A stretch of 64,000 bases of DNA. Source: Moniliella sp. 'wahieum' (lineage: Eukaryota). Positions 24,134 through 38,598 of the stretch are shown here, piece after piece (the first letter of the stretch is position 1; the number at the start of each line of letters is the position of its first letter). The stretch spans positions 868,001 through 932,000 of the forward strand of contig RSEE01000002.1 in assembly GCA_003971905.1 (NCBI GenBank). Reading direction: 5' to 3'. Both the position numbers and the translations under genes were made by a program. The notes under the pieces are model-generated. The model was not told where the DNA came from. It saw only the letters and a program-made list of their open reading frames with translations, and searched no databases.

Positions 24134-27088
24134 ATGGCCCCGGCGCCTCCTCCACCCCGCCACGTGGCTGTGTCTGCTCTCACGTCTGCGTCTGCGCCCG
24201 TGTCCGAGGTGCTGCATCAGCGCTTCGCCTCCTTGCCCAGCACCATGGCCAGCCGGTCCGGCCAGAAATCCCCCCTCCCGCCCGGCAAGCGTCCCGGCAG
24301 CGCCAGTAATGACGTGTACCAAGACGAATACGCGTATGCTGTCGACGCCGACGATCTCGACGACGCCGATAACGATGATCTCACCGAGCCGTCCGACGCG
24401 ATTCAGCTCCAGCACCTCCTCCCCAGCGGGTCCCGCCCGCATGACGTGGATCTCGAGCAGCCCGGCGTCACAATCGACGAAGATGATGAGGACGACCCGA
24501 TGCGCCTAATTGCACAAGCTGTGCCCGAGACGGACGACCCGAGTCTTCCTGCACTTACGTCGAGTGATGTTGATTGGCACGGCTTTCTGCATCACCGGCG
24601 CCGCCGTTAGCCAGGTACGTTCTTCCCTCCCTCAGCCAGCTCAGTCTTGGATACGAATTACAGGTCTTGCTTGATATATGATAGCTCTTCTTTTATCGCA
24701 GTAACTCGTTCGTTTTTCTCTTGCTCTTATGCGTCGACCTAGTCCTGACCCCCTGTCCGGCCCTCCCCCGTTCCACAGCCTTCTTTTTCACCTTACTTTG
24801 TCATCCTCGCTTCCCTGCCCTTGGCCAGTGGATGGCTCGCGCTCTGCCCCGCCTCAGTATCCATGTACCCTTCTTGGGCTCGTTTGAGCTCAATCCGGGT
24901 CCATTCAATGTCAAGTTCGTCTCCCTGTGCCTACACCGAGCTGCCTCTTATATGGGCTTTTGCCGACTGACCTTTGCATTTTGACCTTGTTGATGGAACA
25001 GAGAACATCTGCTGATCGCCGTCTTGGCCTCATCAGGGGCATCATCGGCATACGCATCCGACATCATCAACATCCAAGATATCTTCTTCCACCAAAAACT
25101 TTCCAACACAGCCGCCTCGATCCTCATAACAACCCAGACTCGGGCTTTGGCTTCGCCGGCATGGTCCACGACATTCTTGTCCGGCCTGTCGCGATGATCT
25201 ACCCTGGAAATCTAGTCACCTGCTCCTTTTTTACACCCTGCACGGCGACCGCCATGGGTGGCTTACTCAAGCCCGCCTGCGTGTGTTCAATGCTGTGTTT
25301 ATCGCCATCTTTGTCTACCAGTTCCTTCCTTCACTGTTGGCACCGACTCTGTCCAGCATCGCTCTCCTCTGTCTTTTCAACAATAGGAGCAGCACACTTC
25401 GCGTTTTGTCTAGCGGGTACAAAGGTTTCGGTTTCCTCGACTTGAGCTTTGACTGGAACGCCATTGGCGACAGTGGACCACTCTTCACACCTTGGGTGCG
25501 TTCTCCATTCTAGCTTGCCTTTCTTCTGACCGTATCTCTTGATCTGTGCTGTCCCTAATTCAATCTTCTTCTTGCACAGTGGGGTATGTGTACTCCCCCT
25601 TCTGTCTCTCTTGATTGAACTTACTTACCTCTGTTTTCTTGCAGCCAATGTCAACTTTTTCGTGGGAATCGCAGGCATGATGTATATCGCCCCCCTTCTG
25701 TACTTCAGCAATTTTTGGGATGCAAAATCGTTTCCCTCGGCTATTGGTTCGCAGCTGTACAATGCGTCGTACCTACCCTTTGACGTGGAAAGTGTTCTTG
25801 TGCCGCACGACAAAACCTTGGACCGGGCTGCCTGGGAGCAGAAACGGCCGTTGCTTTTAACACCCTTTTTCGCCATGACCTACGGTTTGAGCTTTGCTGT
25901 GCTAACCTCGATGCTCACCACGTCGCCCTCTGGCATTGGGACGATATTCGCCGTGCTATTTTCTACCCTCCGACAGAGGATGTGCACAACCGGCTGATGC
26001 GCGCATACGATGATGTGCCCCATTCGTGGTACATGTGGACGTTGGGCGCTTCTTTGACCGCTCAATTTGGCTGATTTGGACCCACCCTGAACTGCAGTTG
26101 CCCTCTGGGGCTTGTTTCTTGCCATCGCAATTGGTGCCATCTTCGTCGTACCCGTGGGAGTGCTCAAGGCGGTGAGCAATACCGGGATTGGGCTAAACGT
26201 GATTACCGAGTTTGTTGCGGGCTACGTCTTACCTGGTAAGCCAATCGCCAATGTGCTCATCAAGTGCTACGGCTACATGAGCATGTCCCAGGCGCAGGAC
26301 CTTCTTGCCGACCTCAAGCTGGCGCATTACATGAAGGTTCCACCCAAAGGTACGTTTTCCTATACCGCTTACCTCCCATGCACCCACCCTGACTTAGGAC
26401 TGGGATCGTTCAGTATGGCCATTGTTCAGTTGTGGGGCACGGTGGTTGGGTGTGTGGTAAACTTGATCGTGTTGCGGATTGTCCTTTCACCCTCGAACAC
26501 CTACCGTCAATTCCTTGACGGTACCGAGGAGGACCCGACAGGCCAGTGGACCGGCCGCAAACTCCACATTTTTTATAGTGCCTCGATCATCTGGGGAGTG
26601 GTGGGCCCTGCCGAGTTTTTCGCTGGAAAATACCACATCTTGTACTGGGGCTTCCTCTTGGGGGCTGTGCTGCCTTTGATCCCTTGGGTGCTCCACAAGC
26701 GCTACGGAACCCAGTGGCTCAAACACATCGCCTTCCCCATCCTCATTCATGGCGCGGGTACGCCGCCCCAAGTGCCCACAAATGTACGTCCAGCCCTTGT
26801 TGGTGTGTGTGTGATCCTCCTACTGACTGACCTTCCCCCCTATCATGTCTTGTTCAGATTATCACGACGGGGTTCATTGTCGCTTGGTTGTCGCAACAAT
26901 GGGCCCGCAAGCGGCACCCGCAATGGTTTGAGCGGTACAACTATGTCCTCAGTGCTGCTCTGGATGCCGGCGCGAGCATCAATGCGTTAGCCTGCTTCCT
27001 GCTGACAATCAGTGTCCTCAAGGTCATCTCCGTTCCCCACTGGTTCCTCAATCCGGTCCGGGACAGCGAGCACTGTTCCCCTTCCTAG
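24134..27088 (+). CDS. OPT-family oligopeptide transporter
   Basis: VPETDDPSLPALT, LNPGPFNVK|EH, IGLNVITEFVAGY..PGKPIAN...K.YG, DLKLAHYMKVPP and WFERYNYVLSAALDAG. Several introns and frameshifts. The start could be 24244. Confidence 0.92.
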
Positions 27089-27568
27089 CCCTGCCCTCTA
27101 AAAATCCACACCTCCCTCCCTCCCCTCCCCTCCCCTCGCTCTTCGTCTAGTACCACACGCAGAATTGATGCAGCAAGTAGGAGAGGTAGGAATGACGATG
27201 ACCCCCCAGGTATTGGCATCGTTGCCTCCGCTTGGTTCGATGCTCACGTGCAACATCCCGCGTGTTGGGGGTCGTGTGCGAAGGCGCAGCCCCGCCCCGC
27301 CGCTCCACAGTCCACGCAGTCCGATGTGTGCCGGGAGCAGCAGCGCTGGAATTGCAAAGTTGAAACGCCACAGCCGTTGCTTGAAGCTTGGACGTTCGGC
27401 GGGAACGATCGATGATCGATGATCGGTGGTGGCATTCCGCCCCATGCATTTCCGCCTCGAGGCCCCCGTTTCCCCACACCGCCAAGGCAGCCGGGAAACC
27501 CCATTTACCCTGTCTGCAGCGTGAATCGCCGCTCTGCCGCAACCAAGCTCCATCCATCGGCGCCCGCT

Positions 27569-28896
27569 ATGCATCGACCCCCCCCCCAGTGCTGCCACAT
27601 CGCCTCTTGAGCCGTTCTGGGCTGCCTCCGCCAGAGAGGCTGCTCCTGATGTGCGCTCCATCCACCGTGCCCTGCGCCAGGGCGAGGTGAATGCACCCGC
27701 CCTGCGGATAGCCCGTGTTGGCCAACTTGACGCGGAGCTGCTCGACGACGAGCTGCAAACCATGCTCCTCGCTCCCCTCCGCTCCGCTCTCGACACGTTG
27801 CGATCAGGACTCGCGGTGGCATGGCAGCCTGAACTGCTGCTTGTTCTCCGTCTTGCCCTCTGTCGCCTTGCCATATGGGCCCCGCGTGCTGCTACTTATG
27901 GGGCCTCAATGCAAAATCTGCGTTATCGCAATGAGCGTGCTCATGGCGCTTCCTTTCGGGTGCAGCTGTTGACGCTCCCTTAAGTCTAGTGCAGAAGGCT
28001 GCCTACCCGCTCATTACTGCTATCCTTCCCTACCTCCACTCCCGCCTTGCCGCTGCTGCTGCTGCTGCCACCGAGCGTGACGTCTATCCCTCCAGCAATG
28101 CCCTTTCTCTTTCCCGGCTCGCTCGGCTCATAGAGCAGCTCAGTGACACGGCGAGGCGTCTGCTAGTCGTGGGCTCTTTTCTCAACCTTTCGGCATTCCT
28201 TGTCAATGGGAAATACCGCTCTCTTGCGGACCGCGTGCTGGGCATCCGCCTTGTGTACGCCAACCGGTCCGCGGCCCGGAACGTATCGTTTGAATTTCTC
28301 AATCGACAATTGGTTTGGCAGGCCCTCACAGAGTTTCTTGTCTTTCTGCTTCCTCTCCTGCGCGCCAAAAGGATCATCAAGCGCGTCCGTCACCTTGTCC
28401 GAACCCAGACAGCCCGAGTCAAGCAGATTATGGGCGCTGGTGGGCCGGCGGCCGAGGAAACACAAGATGTACCCCCAGCTCAAGGCCTGGACTGTCACCT
28501 CTGCCCATTGTGTTGGGTACGGGCGGGAGGCCCGGCTCTGCAATCGCACCAGGAAGCAAGTGAGCATACTCGACCCAACTTTCACTTAAGCGACGGCCTT
28601 TCTGCCAACCCGCTTGACCCCTCGACATTTGCCAGGGCGGCGGTGGCGGATGTGGATGAGCCCGAGGAGGGAAGCGGAGAGGTCCTGGCCACCCTGGTCT
28701 CGCCCAAGTCGAAGCCGAATCGGTTATCTCCCTCCCAGCACAAGCAGTGCCGTGTGGATGTGCATACGATTATTACTGTCTTGCCTCCGCCTTGCTGGCA
28801 GAGGAAACGGCGGACCAGGCTGCGGCGGACCCGGGCGAAGCACCCTGGACGTGCCTCCGCTGTGGCCATGGCGTTTCGGGCGTTGCGCGTGGCTGA
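27569..28896 (+). CDS. PEX2: Peroxisomal RING peroxin Pex2
   Basis: RVGQLDAELLDDEL, ATYGASMQNLRY, GKYRSLADRVLG and RNVSFEFLNRQLVWQALTEFL, then a split RING (CPLC...CGC.YDYYC...WTCLRCG). Frameshifted. Confidence 0.9.
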
Positions 28897-29733
28897 ACTC
28901 TTGAGGATGTGGATCGATACGGGCTTGTCGGAACCGGGTTTGCTGGCTTCGTCTACCTTGAGCCACCACTGGCAGATGGCAAATGGCCAGTGATCATTCG
29001 TACCGAGAAGTGCCGTCGTTTCTTTCACGCAACTCACTATTTTGGGCTCGAGCGTTTCCCGCGTACTGCGCTCTTCACGATCCTGGACCCATCCCTCCTC
29101 AAGGACCCAAGTGTGAAATGGGGCCTGGAGTGAGAACCCCCCGCTCCCTACACCACTACCGCCCCCGCTATGCGGAACTGCCCTGGTCCATGAGCTTCCA
29201 CTTGACCCGGCACGGCCCAGGATGTCGCCCCCGCGCTCTCATCCACCCTGCTGGCCACCGTGCTCGCAGCCTCGTATTCATTTGATACCAGGGCATCTTG
29301 ATAGGGAGTGCGTAGTGGCGGGCTATATGCAGATTCGCTTCGTCTCTTCAGCAGACATGTCGGGAGGCAAAAGACCATTTAAATCACTGGGAGGAGGGGA
29401 TTCCTACAGCCTGTTATTTGTGACATTGAATGTCCAGGCTCGCACTAGCCCCATCATGCATCATGCATCAACGTTCAACACTCGTTCGCTCCCCAACACC
29501 AACGTCTGGAGCCAATGGCGTCCAGGGGCCCTCCGGCTCATGCAATGACAGATTAATTTCCGGTGCGATCGGTACAATCGGTGCATGGCGCGCATCATGC
29601 ATCATGCATCAGTGGTGCCACTCAACGTGAACATTTCACGGTTTGGGCCTTGCCTTCCACTTCCCGTCTGCGTCTGCGTCAACGTTCAACGTGGAATGCG
29701 GAGTACGATCTACGACCAGAGTGTTTCCCCTGA

Positions 29734-30711
<978 letters not shown>

Positions 30712-31644
30712 ACGGCGGCCTGCCTCACGCGCAAGGCCCACCCCTCAGCCGACTGCCGTCCATTCCTCCCTCGCGCATGCTCTCGCCTTCATTGAGGTGG
30801 GTGCAAGCGTAAGAGTAGCGCGCGCGGGGGTGGATTAGCCCTATGGTGAACGTGGTTGTGCTTGCGGTGAAACCACTTTTTTGTCCTTCTTGCCTCATAG
30901 ATCATCGACGCCATAGCCTGCAGTTCAAACCGCACATCTTGGCATCGACTCTTGGCGGTTATTCATCGGTGACACATGCTCAAAGGTGCCAACTGAGCCT
31001 GTGTACAAGACGGTGGAGAGGATGACACAGAGGAAACGGCAGTAGCGAGGCGGCGCCCAAGGATGCGAAGGGGGGAGGGGGCTGGCAATGAAGTGGAGCT
31101 ATAGAGATCTGAAAGGCGGCTTGCTACCATGATGCATGATGCATGATGTAACAGGTGATCATGATGATCGATGATCAATGACGTGGGTAGGGCATCCGGG
31201 GTCGTGTTGTCGCGTGATATATGATGGGTGATCGATGGCCCATACTGCGTACTGGGTACTCATCGAGGCTGTGTCAGATTGTCGGATACGGTGAGCGCTG
31301 AGCCACTGAGAGGCTGAGCTCAGCTGAGCCCGAGGCACTGCGGCTGAGCGGCTGAGCAGGAAACCAGTGAGTGGTGGGTGACGGTGGGTGACTGGGCGGT
31401 GTCGGCCCACGGCGCCTGTCTAACCGGGCGGGTCAGCATGGCAGCCGCCGGGCGGAAGGCGGAGGAATTTTCTTGGGCCGCTGGGACCACCCCCTCACAG
31501 CGCCAGTGTGCCGGCACGTGCTGGTGGCGGCCCGAAATTTATCGAATGTCCTTTCGCTCCGCCTCGGCAGCAATCAATCGCACCGCTTCCTTGTTACCCG
31601 CCGCCGCTCTCCCTTTGCTCCTTCTTCCACCCGCTGGACCAGGC

Positions 31645-33199
31645 ATGCTGCCCACCACTGCTCTCTCTGCCCCTGCCAGCGCCCTCGCCGTGCACGCCCA
31701 CCTCGCTGCACCAGCGCCGCTGCGGCGGCGGGCACCCGCACCCGCACCTATGCCCACACCACCTTCCCTCTGCGCCCTCGCCTCGCCCGCCCCATTGCCT
31801 CCCCCGCACGCGCCAGCGCTTGGGCGCCCGCCCGCATGGGCGCCCGCACCTTCACCTCCTCGTCCCGCGCCTCCGCTTCTGCAGCGAAGGATCTGTACGC
31901 TCTCCTCGGTGTCAAGAAGGGCGCCTCGGCCAAGGAGATCAAGTCCGCATACTATGGCCTAGCCAAGAAGCTTCACCCCGACACCAACCCGGATGCAAAG
32001 GCCAAGGATCAGTTTATGCAGATCCAGGAAGCGTACGATGTACGTCTTTTTTATCTCTCAATCTTCGTGCCTCTGCCCATGCGGGTCCACTGACAGAACG
32101 ACCAACATTTGCCTTCTACCCAGGTCCTCTCTGACGAGAAAAAACGCTCCATGTACGACCAATACGGCACCACTGATGGATCAGCCGGCTTCCAGGATAT
32201 GGGAGGCATGGGTGGGGCTGGTGCTGGTGGCTTTGGCGGCTTTGGCGGTTTCCAGAACATGGGCGGGATGGGGGGTGCCGAGTCGATCTTTGACCACCTG
32301 TTTGGCAACTTTGGTGCAGGGGGTCGTTCCCGGCGGCCAAGGTCCATGAAGTGCCGGGTGACGACATTGATGCCCGCATAACATTGTCGTTTGAGGAAGC
32401 GGCGCGTGGGACCACCAAAAAGGTTTCGGTCAGTGCACTAAGTGAGTGCGGGACCTGCCATGGCTCTGGTTTGAAGGAGGGGGCGAAGAAAACGACATGC
32501 AAGGAGTGCAATGGCTCGGGATCCAAGACCTTTGTCCTCAACGGATTCCAGATGGCGACTACCTGCCCGGCCTGTCATGGGTCTGGCGAAAGTCACGACC
32601 CCAAGGATAACTGTACCTCCTGCTCTGGTTTGGGACGAGTGCGCAAGACACTCACCGAAGAAGTCAAAGTTCCTGCCGGTGTTGACGATGGCGTCAAGAT
32701 CCGTCTCGACGGCCTGGGTCATGCCCCGCTGGAAGGCAAGGGCCCAAGGGGGAATTTGTACGTCCGCATTGGGGTGCAGCCGAGCAAAACATGGCGCCGA
32801 CAAGGCAGCAATTTGCTGTACAACGCTCAGATCCCCTTTTACACTGCTATGTTGGGTGGTCGGGTTAAGATCCCGACCTTGGATGGAACGGTGGACCTTC
32901 GTGTTCCGCCAGGCACTCAGCCATCGGACCAACTGCTCATTGAGGGCCGAGGCATTCCTGTGCTGAACCCATACGCCACCCCGACATCAAAGGTGCGCAA
33001 GGGCGACCTGCTTGTTCAGTTCAACGTCCGGATGCCTCGGGCACTCACATCGAAGCAAAAGGAGATCCTCCAGGCCTTTGCCGACGATTACGAGGGCAAG
33101 ACGCCATCACCCAGTAAGGACGAAGGGAAGGCACAGAGTAAGGATCAGCACGACGATGCGCCTTCGGCACCTGATTCGCCCGACACGGCTCGGTTGTAA
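31645..33199 (+). CDS. MDJ1: Mitochondrial type I DnaJ/Hsp40 co-chaperone
   Basis: Ala/Arg-rich presequence, J-domain with HPD ([10 protein letters not shown]), G/F-rich linker, four CxxCxGxG repeats and DnaJ C-terminal domain. Intron 32040-32123. Confidence 0.9.
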
Positions 33200-33649
33200 A
33201 GCAGGGGGTGGGGGGCTGCTGCGCGACCCCTTCCCCCTTTTCCCCTGCTTGCATTCTGGAGCACTTTGGTCATGATAGGACCTGCTTCGTAACCAAGAGC
33301 CACTTGGCTCCCCATTTCTTCCAAAACGCGCACACGTTCTGGAGCCCCGATGCTTGGGGCTCTCCATATCTCTGTACATCACAACTCTTATCGCGAAACT
33401 ATAATCAATTGGAGCTGTCCTGCATGGAGGAATAGAGACCTTTTTGCTACAGATCGTAAGCCTTTTGTGTTGGGGCGATGCCCACGTCCTCTCTATTGCC
33501 CTCCATCAGGATTTTGTGATATTCGGTTTGCCCTCAAGGGGCGGCGGTGACAATCAGCACGTCTGCAAGAAACAAGGTGCGCAAGTGAAATAGGCTGTAG
33601 TAGGCATGTGGAGTCTTAGGGGGCTAAAGGGGGAGGAAAACGGCTGCCC

Positions 33650-33699
33650 TCTGCGGCGGGAGCGGGTCGGGTACGGGTAAAAGTAACCCACAGAGACTA
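33650..33699 (-). mobile_element. Possible isolated hAT/MITE-like terminus
   Basis: The minus strand reads TAGTCTCTGTGGGTTACTTTTACCCGTACCCGACCCG: a TAG start with ACCCG subterminal repeats. No partner end was found. Confidence 0.25.
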
Positions 33700-33880
33700 T
33701 AGGGTCCCCCCTTTTAAGATGTGTGTATGTGTGCACGTGGGTTAGGGAATTGTGACACAGCCGAATACCCTTCCGTTAGCCCCGGAAAAACCCTTCGGTC
33801 TCGCTGTGCATAGCTATTCAAGGTATACCATTCCTCAGAGCAAGAAGGGAAAGGTATGTGAGAGGTGAGATGGCATTGTA

Positions 33881-34376
33881 TGTTACGCGTATGGGGCGCA
33901 CCGCCTATCTCCGCACGCTGAACCCCGCATGTCTTAGACATCTCAGCCCAACACGCGGCAGTCCTGTTAGACTAGCGAGAGAGAGCCAGTCGACACCTTA
34001 TCCATGCTGGGGATATTATCGATCATCCGCGGCCCGCCATGGTCGCATGGAACCCATCAACAAGGTACCGAGTGTGCTAACCCTGAGGAACAGAGTAACT
34101 TCGGAGATCCTCGACCCCTTCAACTGGTCTGAGATCTGACGACCTACGTATGCGGCTCCTATCTCGCAGGGTCTGAGCTGCGGCCTTGGCACGCAGCCAC
34201 CCTAAATGGAGGGTCTCTCCTTCGCCTCTACACCCGCTCGGTTCAACCAGGATCTGAAGTAGGACCTAACGTGCGAGACACCGACGATTGGCCTGTCCAA
34301 GAGTTTATTATACCCTTAAAGTACAGGGGGGGTCCCACCTCGGGACTCCCCCCCATGACATGCATGACAGGTGACA
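33881..34376. mobile_element. Solo LTR (496 bp)
   Basis: TGTTAC...GTGACA termini (5/6 inverted match) flanked by a perfect 5-bp TSD, TTGTA (33876-33880 and 34377-34381). Confidence 0.7.
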
Positions 34377-35354
34377 TTGTATAGGGCCGAGAGCAAAAAG
34401 CTGCATGTGGTAGGAATCTATACATCAGGGATAAACAATAGATTTTGGCGCTGAGAAAACCCTGTGTGACTCTGCCTGTCTCTTAACAGATATGCATTCG
34501 TCTTGGGGACAACTCAGGCCCCCATATATCTGGGATCCAAATCGATCTGGAAGGGGACAGATTGTGTAGTTATGCATGGCAAGGCTGCGTAGTACCGGCT
34601 TGGGCGGCTGGCAGTAGCGTGTCTGAAGCCTTCGGGTTCAGGGACGGAGAGGAGGCAGCGGAGGTTTCACGCTGCTGGCCTAGGGCCTGACTGAGACCGG
34701 GGCGGCGCGGCTGTAGGCGGGATCACACGCGGCTGAACTGGGCTGGACTTGGGCTGGGGAAACTGAGAGCTGAAGACGGGAGCTAGAGGAGCAACTAAAA
34801 GGAGGAGTTGCCTGTACTGCATTGATCAATTGGCGAGGGAGTAGGGGGGAAACGCCAATGGACCGTGGGGGCAAGCCACGGATCATTGCTAACAGACAAG
34901 GACAAAAAGGGAAACAAGGCAACGGAGGAAGAGCGGAGAACAGGGGAAACCAGGGAAGACACAGGGAAGACAGCTGCTGCGCGGATGACAGCCTAGAAAG
35001 GTAAGGTAAACAGGCATGGGGCGACTGATGTCGTAAAGGGGGTTGCCACAAGCGCAACACAGAGAAGTCAGATAAACAAAAGCACGGGGCGACTAGCGTC
35101 GCAAGGGCGATGAAAACGGGGGGAACCACGAAACTGGGGTTCTCAATCCACTGGGGCGAAAGGCGACTACTGTTGCTCGGATACGTAGACTGATAATCGC
35201 GCTGGCGGTTGAGCTAGCCGCGATGGAGAACAACTGAATTGAATCTGAGGGCGCGCTCTGTTATTGGGAAGAGGGGGGCCCTCAGCGCGCCTCAGCGCGC
35301 CTCAGCTGAGATCAGATCGGATCGAATCTGACTCACTAACCAACCTGGAAGGGA

Positions 35355-35399
35355 TTAGGAAGGCGAAGGGCGTTAGGAAGGCGAATGGCGTTAGGAAGG
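35355..35399. repeat. 18-bp tandem repeat (2.5 copies) just upstream of a TATATAAA box
   Basis: TTAGGAAGGCGAAGGGCG / TTAGGAAGGCGAATGGCG / TTAGGAAGG, with TATATAAA at 35406-35413. Confidence 0.8.
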
Positions 35400-36842
35400 G
35401 GCGCGTATATAAACTCCGTCGGGCTTGCCATAGACCGTCTTCGCCCGTGACAATATCCGCCCTCTGTCACGGTCCTCATAGCTATTCGGGTAAATCTTTT
35501 CACTGCTCTTGTCGCTGATCCTGTTTCCCTTTCCCCTATTAATACCAGTGCATCCTTGCTTCCCTTGGTACTTTTAGTCTCACTCGTATATCGCCCGACC
35601 CTTACATGTTACACCCACCCCCCTAAAATGAAACAGATGATCACCGTGCCGTGACCACACCACAGTGCCTTCAGTGCCCATCTGCACATTATATGCCACG
35701 CCGCCCCGGTCACCGGTCATCGGTCACCGCTTAACAACACATCTCGGAGGTTCCGATGGTTTCCAGCATCCTACTGGCCTTGAAAAAGCATCTTGAAGGG
35801 GGGGGATAGACGAAGCCACCCCTGCCTCCCCTAATAGCTCTGATGCAATATACCAGCTTCTCTACCTTTTTGCCTATACTGCTAGTTATAGGACCGTGAC
35901 TCTTTGGTTTTCTTTGTCACGCGGCACGTACGAACCCGTATAGCAACCCGCATAATGGTGTACTTTTGGTGCAGCCTATATGCCCTGGCACTCTAATGTA
36001 TAGGAAAGCATATGTTACCCCTGCTTAAACGCCCCCTTTAGATAATAATGTGGATAGCTACAAATGGCAGAGATTAGGTGCGATCACTCAATCATTAAGC
36101 CGGGAGCAAATTCAAGCTGATGAGAAGGCCCGAGAACTCTGAAGCTTGAGGATAACTCCCCCTTTTGATGTCTCAAGGAAGAACGAAGAAGCATCATTGA
36201 ATCCTATTGAACCCTTCGCTGCGGTCACATGATGCATGATACCACACCAACACCTTTTCATCAGGTATAGACAACTTGCGCCAATGGATGAAAAGGGGAA
36301 ACCCCTGGAAGAAGGGGACAAGAATCGAATGCTGATGTGAATGTGCAATTGTATATATAAAAAGAGGAGGTACACATGGATCATTGAAGATACCCATATC
36401 GCCCCTTTGTTGTGTGCACTCTCGCAGTGTATAGTTCTGCGCCATCAACAACGCCGACACAAGAAACATTGTGCCCATCCTTCCTCTTCATCTCCATCTG
36501 CGATTCAGCCGTTGAGCAAAACATGGTTAGTTTCGCTCCATCCTTTTTCCCTGCTGTTGGTTTCTGATCTTGCACGTCATCTGTTGCAAGGCAGAGTCTG
36601 TTCTCTCCTCTTGAGCCTTTCTCTCCAGAAACCAAGAAGAACGAATACTGACACTCAGTTTGCTGTCTTGGTTTATTCGCAGAGTCTGACTTGGTACTTT
36701 GACTACCCTCGTCCACCTCATACTCCCACGCCCGAGCCCCTTCTTCGCCCTCTTGGATCTGGCCTCGCACCTCTAGCGCATCGCAGTCATACACGGTCTT
36801 TACAGGCTATGTGTGCAATGACCGCAGCAGCGCATCCCCAGC

Positions 36843-37058
36843 ATGGTCAAGGCACGCTTAAGTGGGGCGTTGTCAATCTACTCTGATGGAAACGTTGAAG
36901 TGCATGAAGAGCATCGCAAGGTTCCCACCACCAGCTTTACCCTCTCGCCCAGTTCAACCGCAGAGCAAAGCGCCGAGCAGGAATTGCGCTACCTAATGCG
37001 GAAAGACCCAGATCAAGTGATCGAGCTCGTTCGAATGCTAGCCAGTAGGGCGGCATAA
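36843..37058 (+). CDS. Small hypothetical protein (probably the last exon of a spliced gene)
   Basis: Protein-like 71-aa ORF downstream of TATATATAA (about 36352) and intron-like segments. No family recognised. Confidence 0.3.
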   Translation: MVKARLSGALSIYSDGNVEVHEEHRKVPTTSFTLSPSSTAEQSAEQELRYLMRKDPDQVIELVRMLASRAA

Positions 37059-37320
37059 ACCCTCTCTGCTATGCAGCGGATCTGTTTTGTTATGAGAGTG
37101 GAGGGTGTGTCTCGCGCACCTCATACTACCCTCAAATTGAGTTGGTATCTGTACATCTTTTCGCGACATGGTCGAATACCGCTTGATTGCGCCCCCAGGC
37201 CCCTTCGATTCTTTTTCTCTTCCTTTTAGTCAACTTTGGGGATCCTTTACCTCGAATGCATTTCATCTTAGCGAATTTGGTCCAGAATTGCTCCGCTTGG
37301 CATAAACCTCTATACTGTAA

Positions 37321-37778
37321 CCACATCGTTGAAAGAGCTTCAGGCTAACGCAGCCCCTAAACCGACCCGTTCATCCGGCGTGTGTTGCTCGTTAGCGCCA
37401 ACCCCGTTTAAGGAAATAGGGGAAACGCCAGGAGATCAGGACCCTCTGGTGCCCGCCTTCCATTCCGATACCCGAGGAAGCGCGTATGGATACTGATCAA
37501 AACGTGGTGTAGACATCCGAGCGACGGTGAACCATCTCCATTGGGACTCAGTAGTCAATTACTTCCAGTTCCCAAGCATCTTGCTCTCTGTCTTGGTGGC
37601 ATAGTACTCTCGCGTCGTCAAAACCAAGGGGGAAAATGGTTCTTGGCTGCGTCCCTGTTGGTACTTGACGTTCTTGTCGCATTCTGCTCCAGCAGCCGAA
37701 ACAGCTCCTTCTCCCGCTGTTCCAAAGGTGTCGCGGTGCCCTCATGTACCACCTTCCGGTACGGGCATGCGCCTCCTG
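37321..37778 (-). mobile_element. Diverged 3' fragment of the RLE non-LTR family
   Basis: Colinear with about 8320-8783, e.g. TAAACCGACCCGTTCATC, GGACCCTCTGGTGCCCGCC, GTAGACATCCGAGCGA and CGTTCTTGTCGCATTCTGCT. Confidence 0.85.
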
Positions 37779-38598
37779 CACATTGTCCGTTCTGGCCTGC
37801 ATTGGGTCTTGACTCGTCTCGCGCTAGAGGTCTGTACTCTGTTCTCCTCGCACCTTGCGACGCGCGGGGCAGAGGTTACCTTTTCCTCGTTGTTTTTCTG
37901 CGTTTCCCAGAAGAAAGGCAAGAATTGAGGATGCGGTGGTAAAAAACCTGGTGCACACCAACCAGCCAACCGACCGCTTCGAGCGAAGCGTACGTGTCTG
38001 GGCGTCTGCTCTATCCCCACATTGCATCAACTGCTGTAACAGTCGGCAATCTGCAACCTAAATATATCCCCCATGGTCATCGATCCGGGATCAGTGGTCG
38101 GCATAGCTCCGGCCGAGACGGTCTGGGGGCGCACTGCTCGCCCAAACGGGCAGGGGCCCGTCGGCCTGGCGGCGATAAGGCGCCGGGGGACGGGGATACT
38201 GGGCAGGTGCGCCGCCTGGGGCTCGGCGCACGGGACCCATGGGGCACGGCGTCTGTGTGGGGAACAGAGCGCGCAGCCTGGGGCGCAGTGCGTCAGCGTA
38301 TCGGCTATCGGAGTGGCAGGGCGGCAGTCTGGGTGTGCTGCTGTGCCTGGCGATGGCGACGCAGCACCCGCTATAGCACACCACATGCATCCCAGGCCAC
38401 CGCCAGCCCCAGGCACATTCTGGCACAGCGCCACTGTGCCCCTGCTGGTGCCCAGCCCGCAAGTGACGGCCAAAGCATGCGGTTTGGCTCGATTTCCCTC
38501 CCACTGGTCCGTCCCAGGTGACGCTTCTCCTTACTCTCTTCTCCCCTCCATCCCAGCGCCTCCATCTGCCTTCTCTCCACCGCTCCCCCCTTCCCGCC

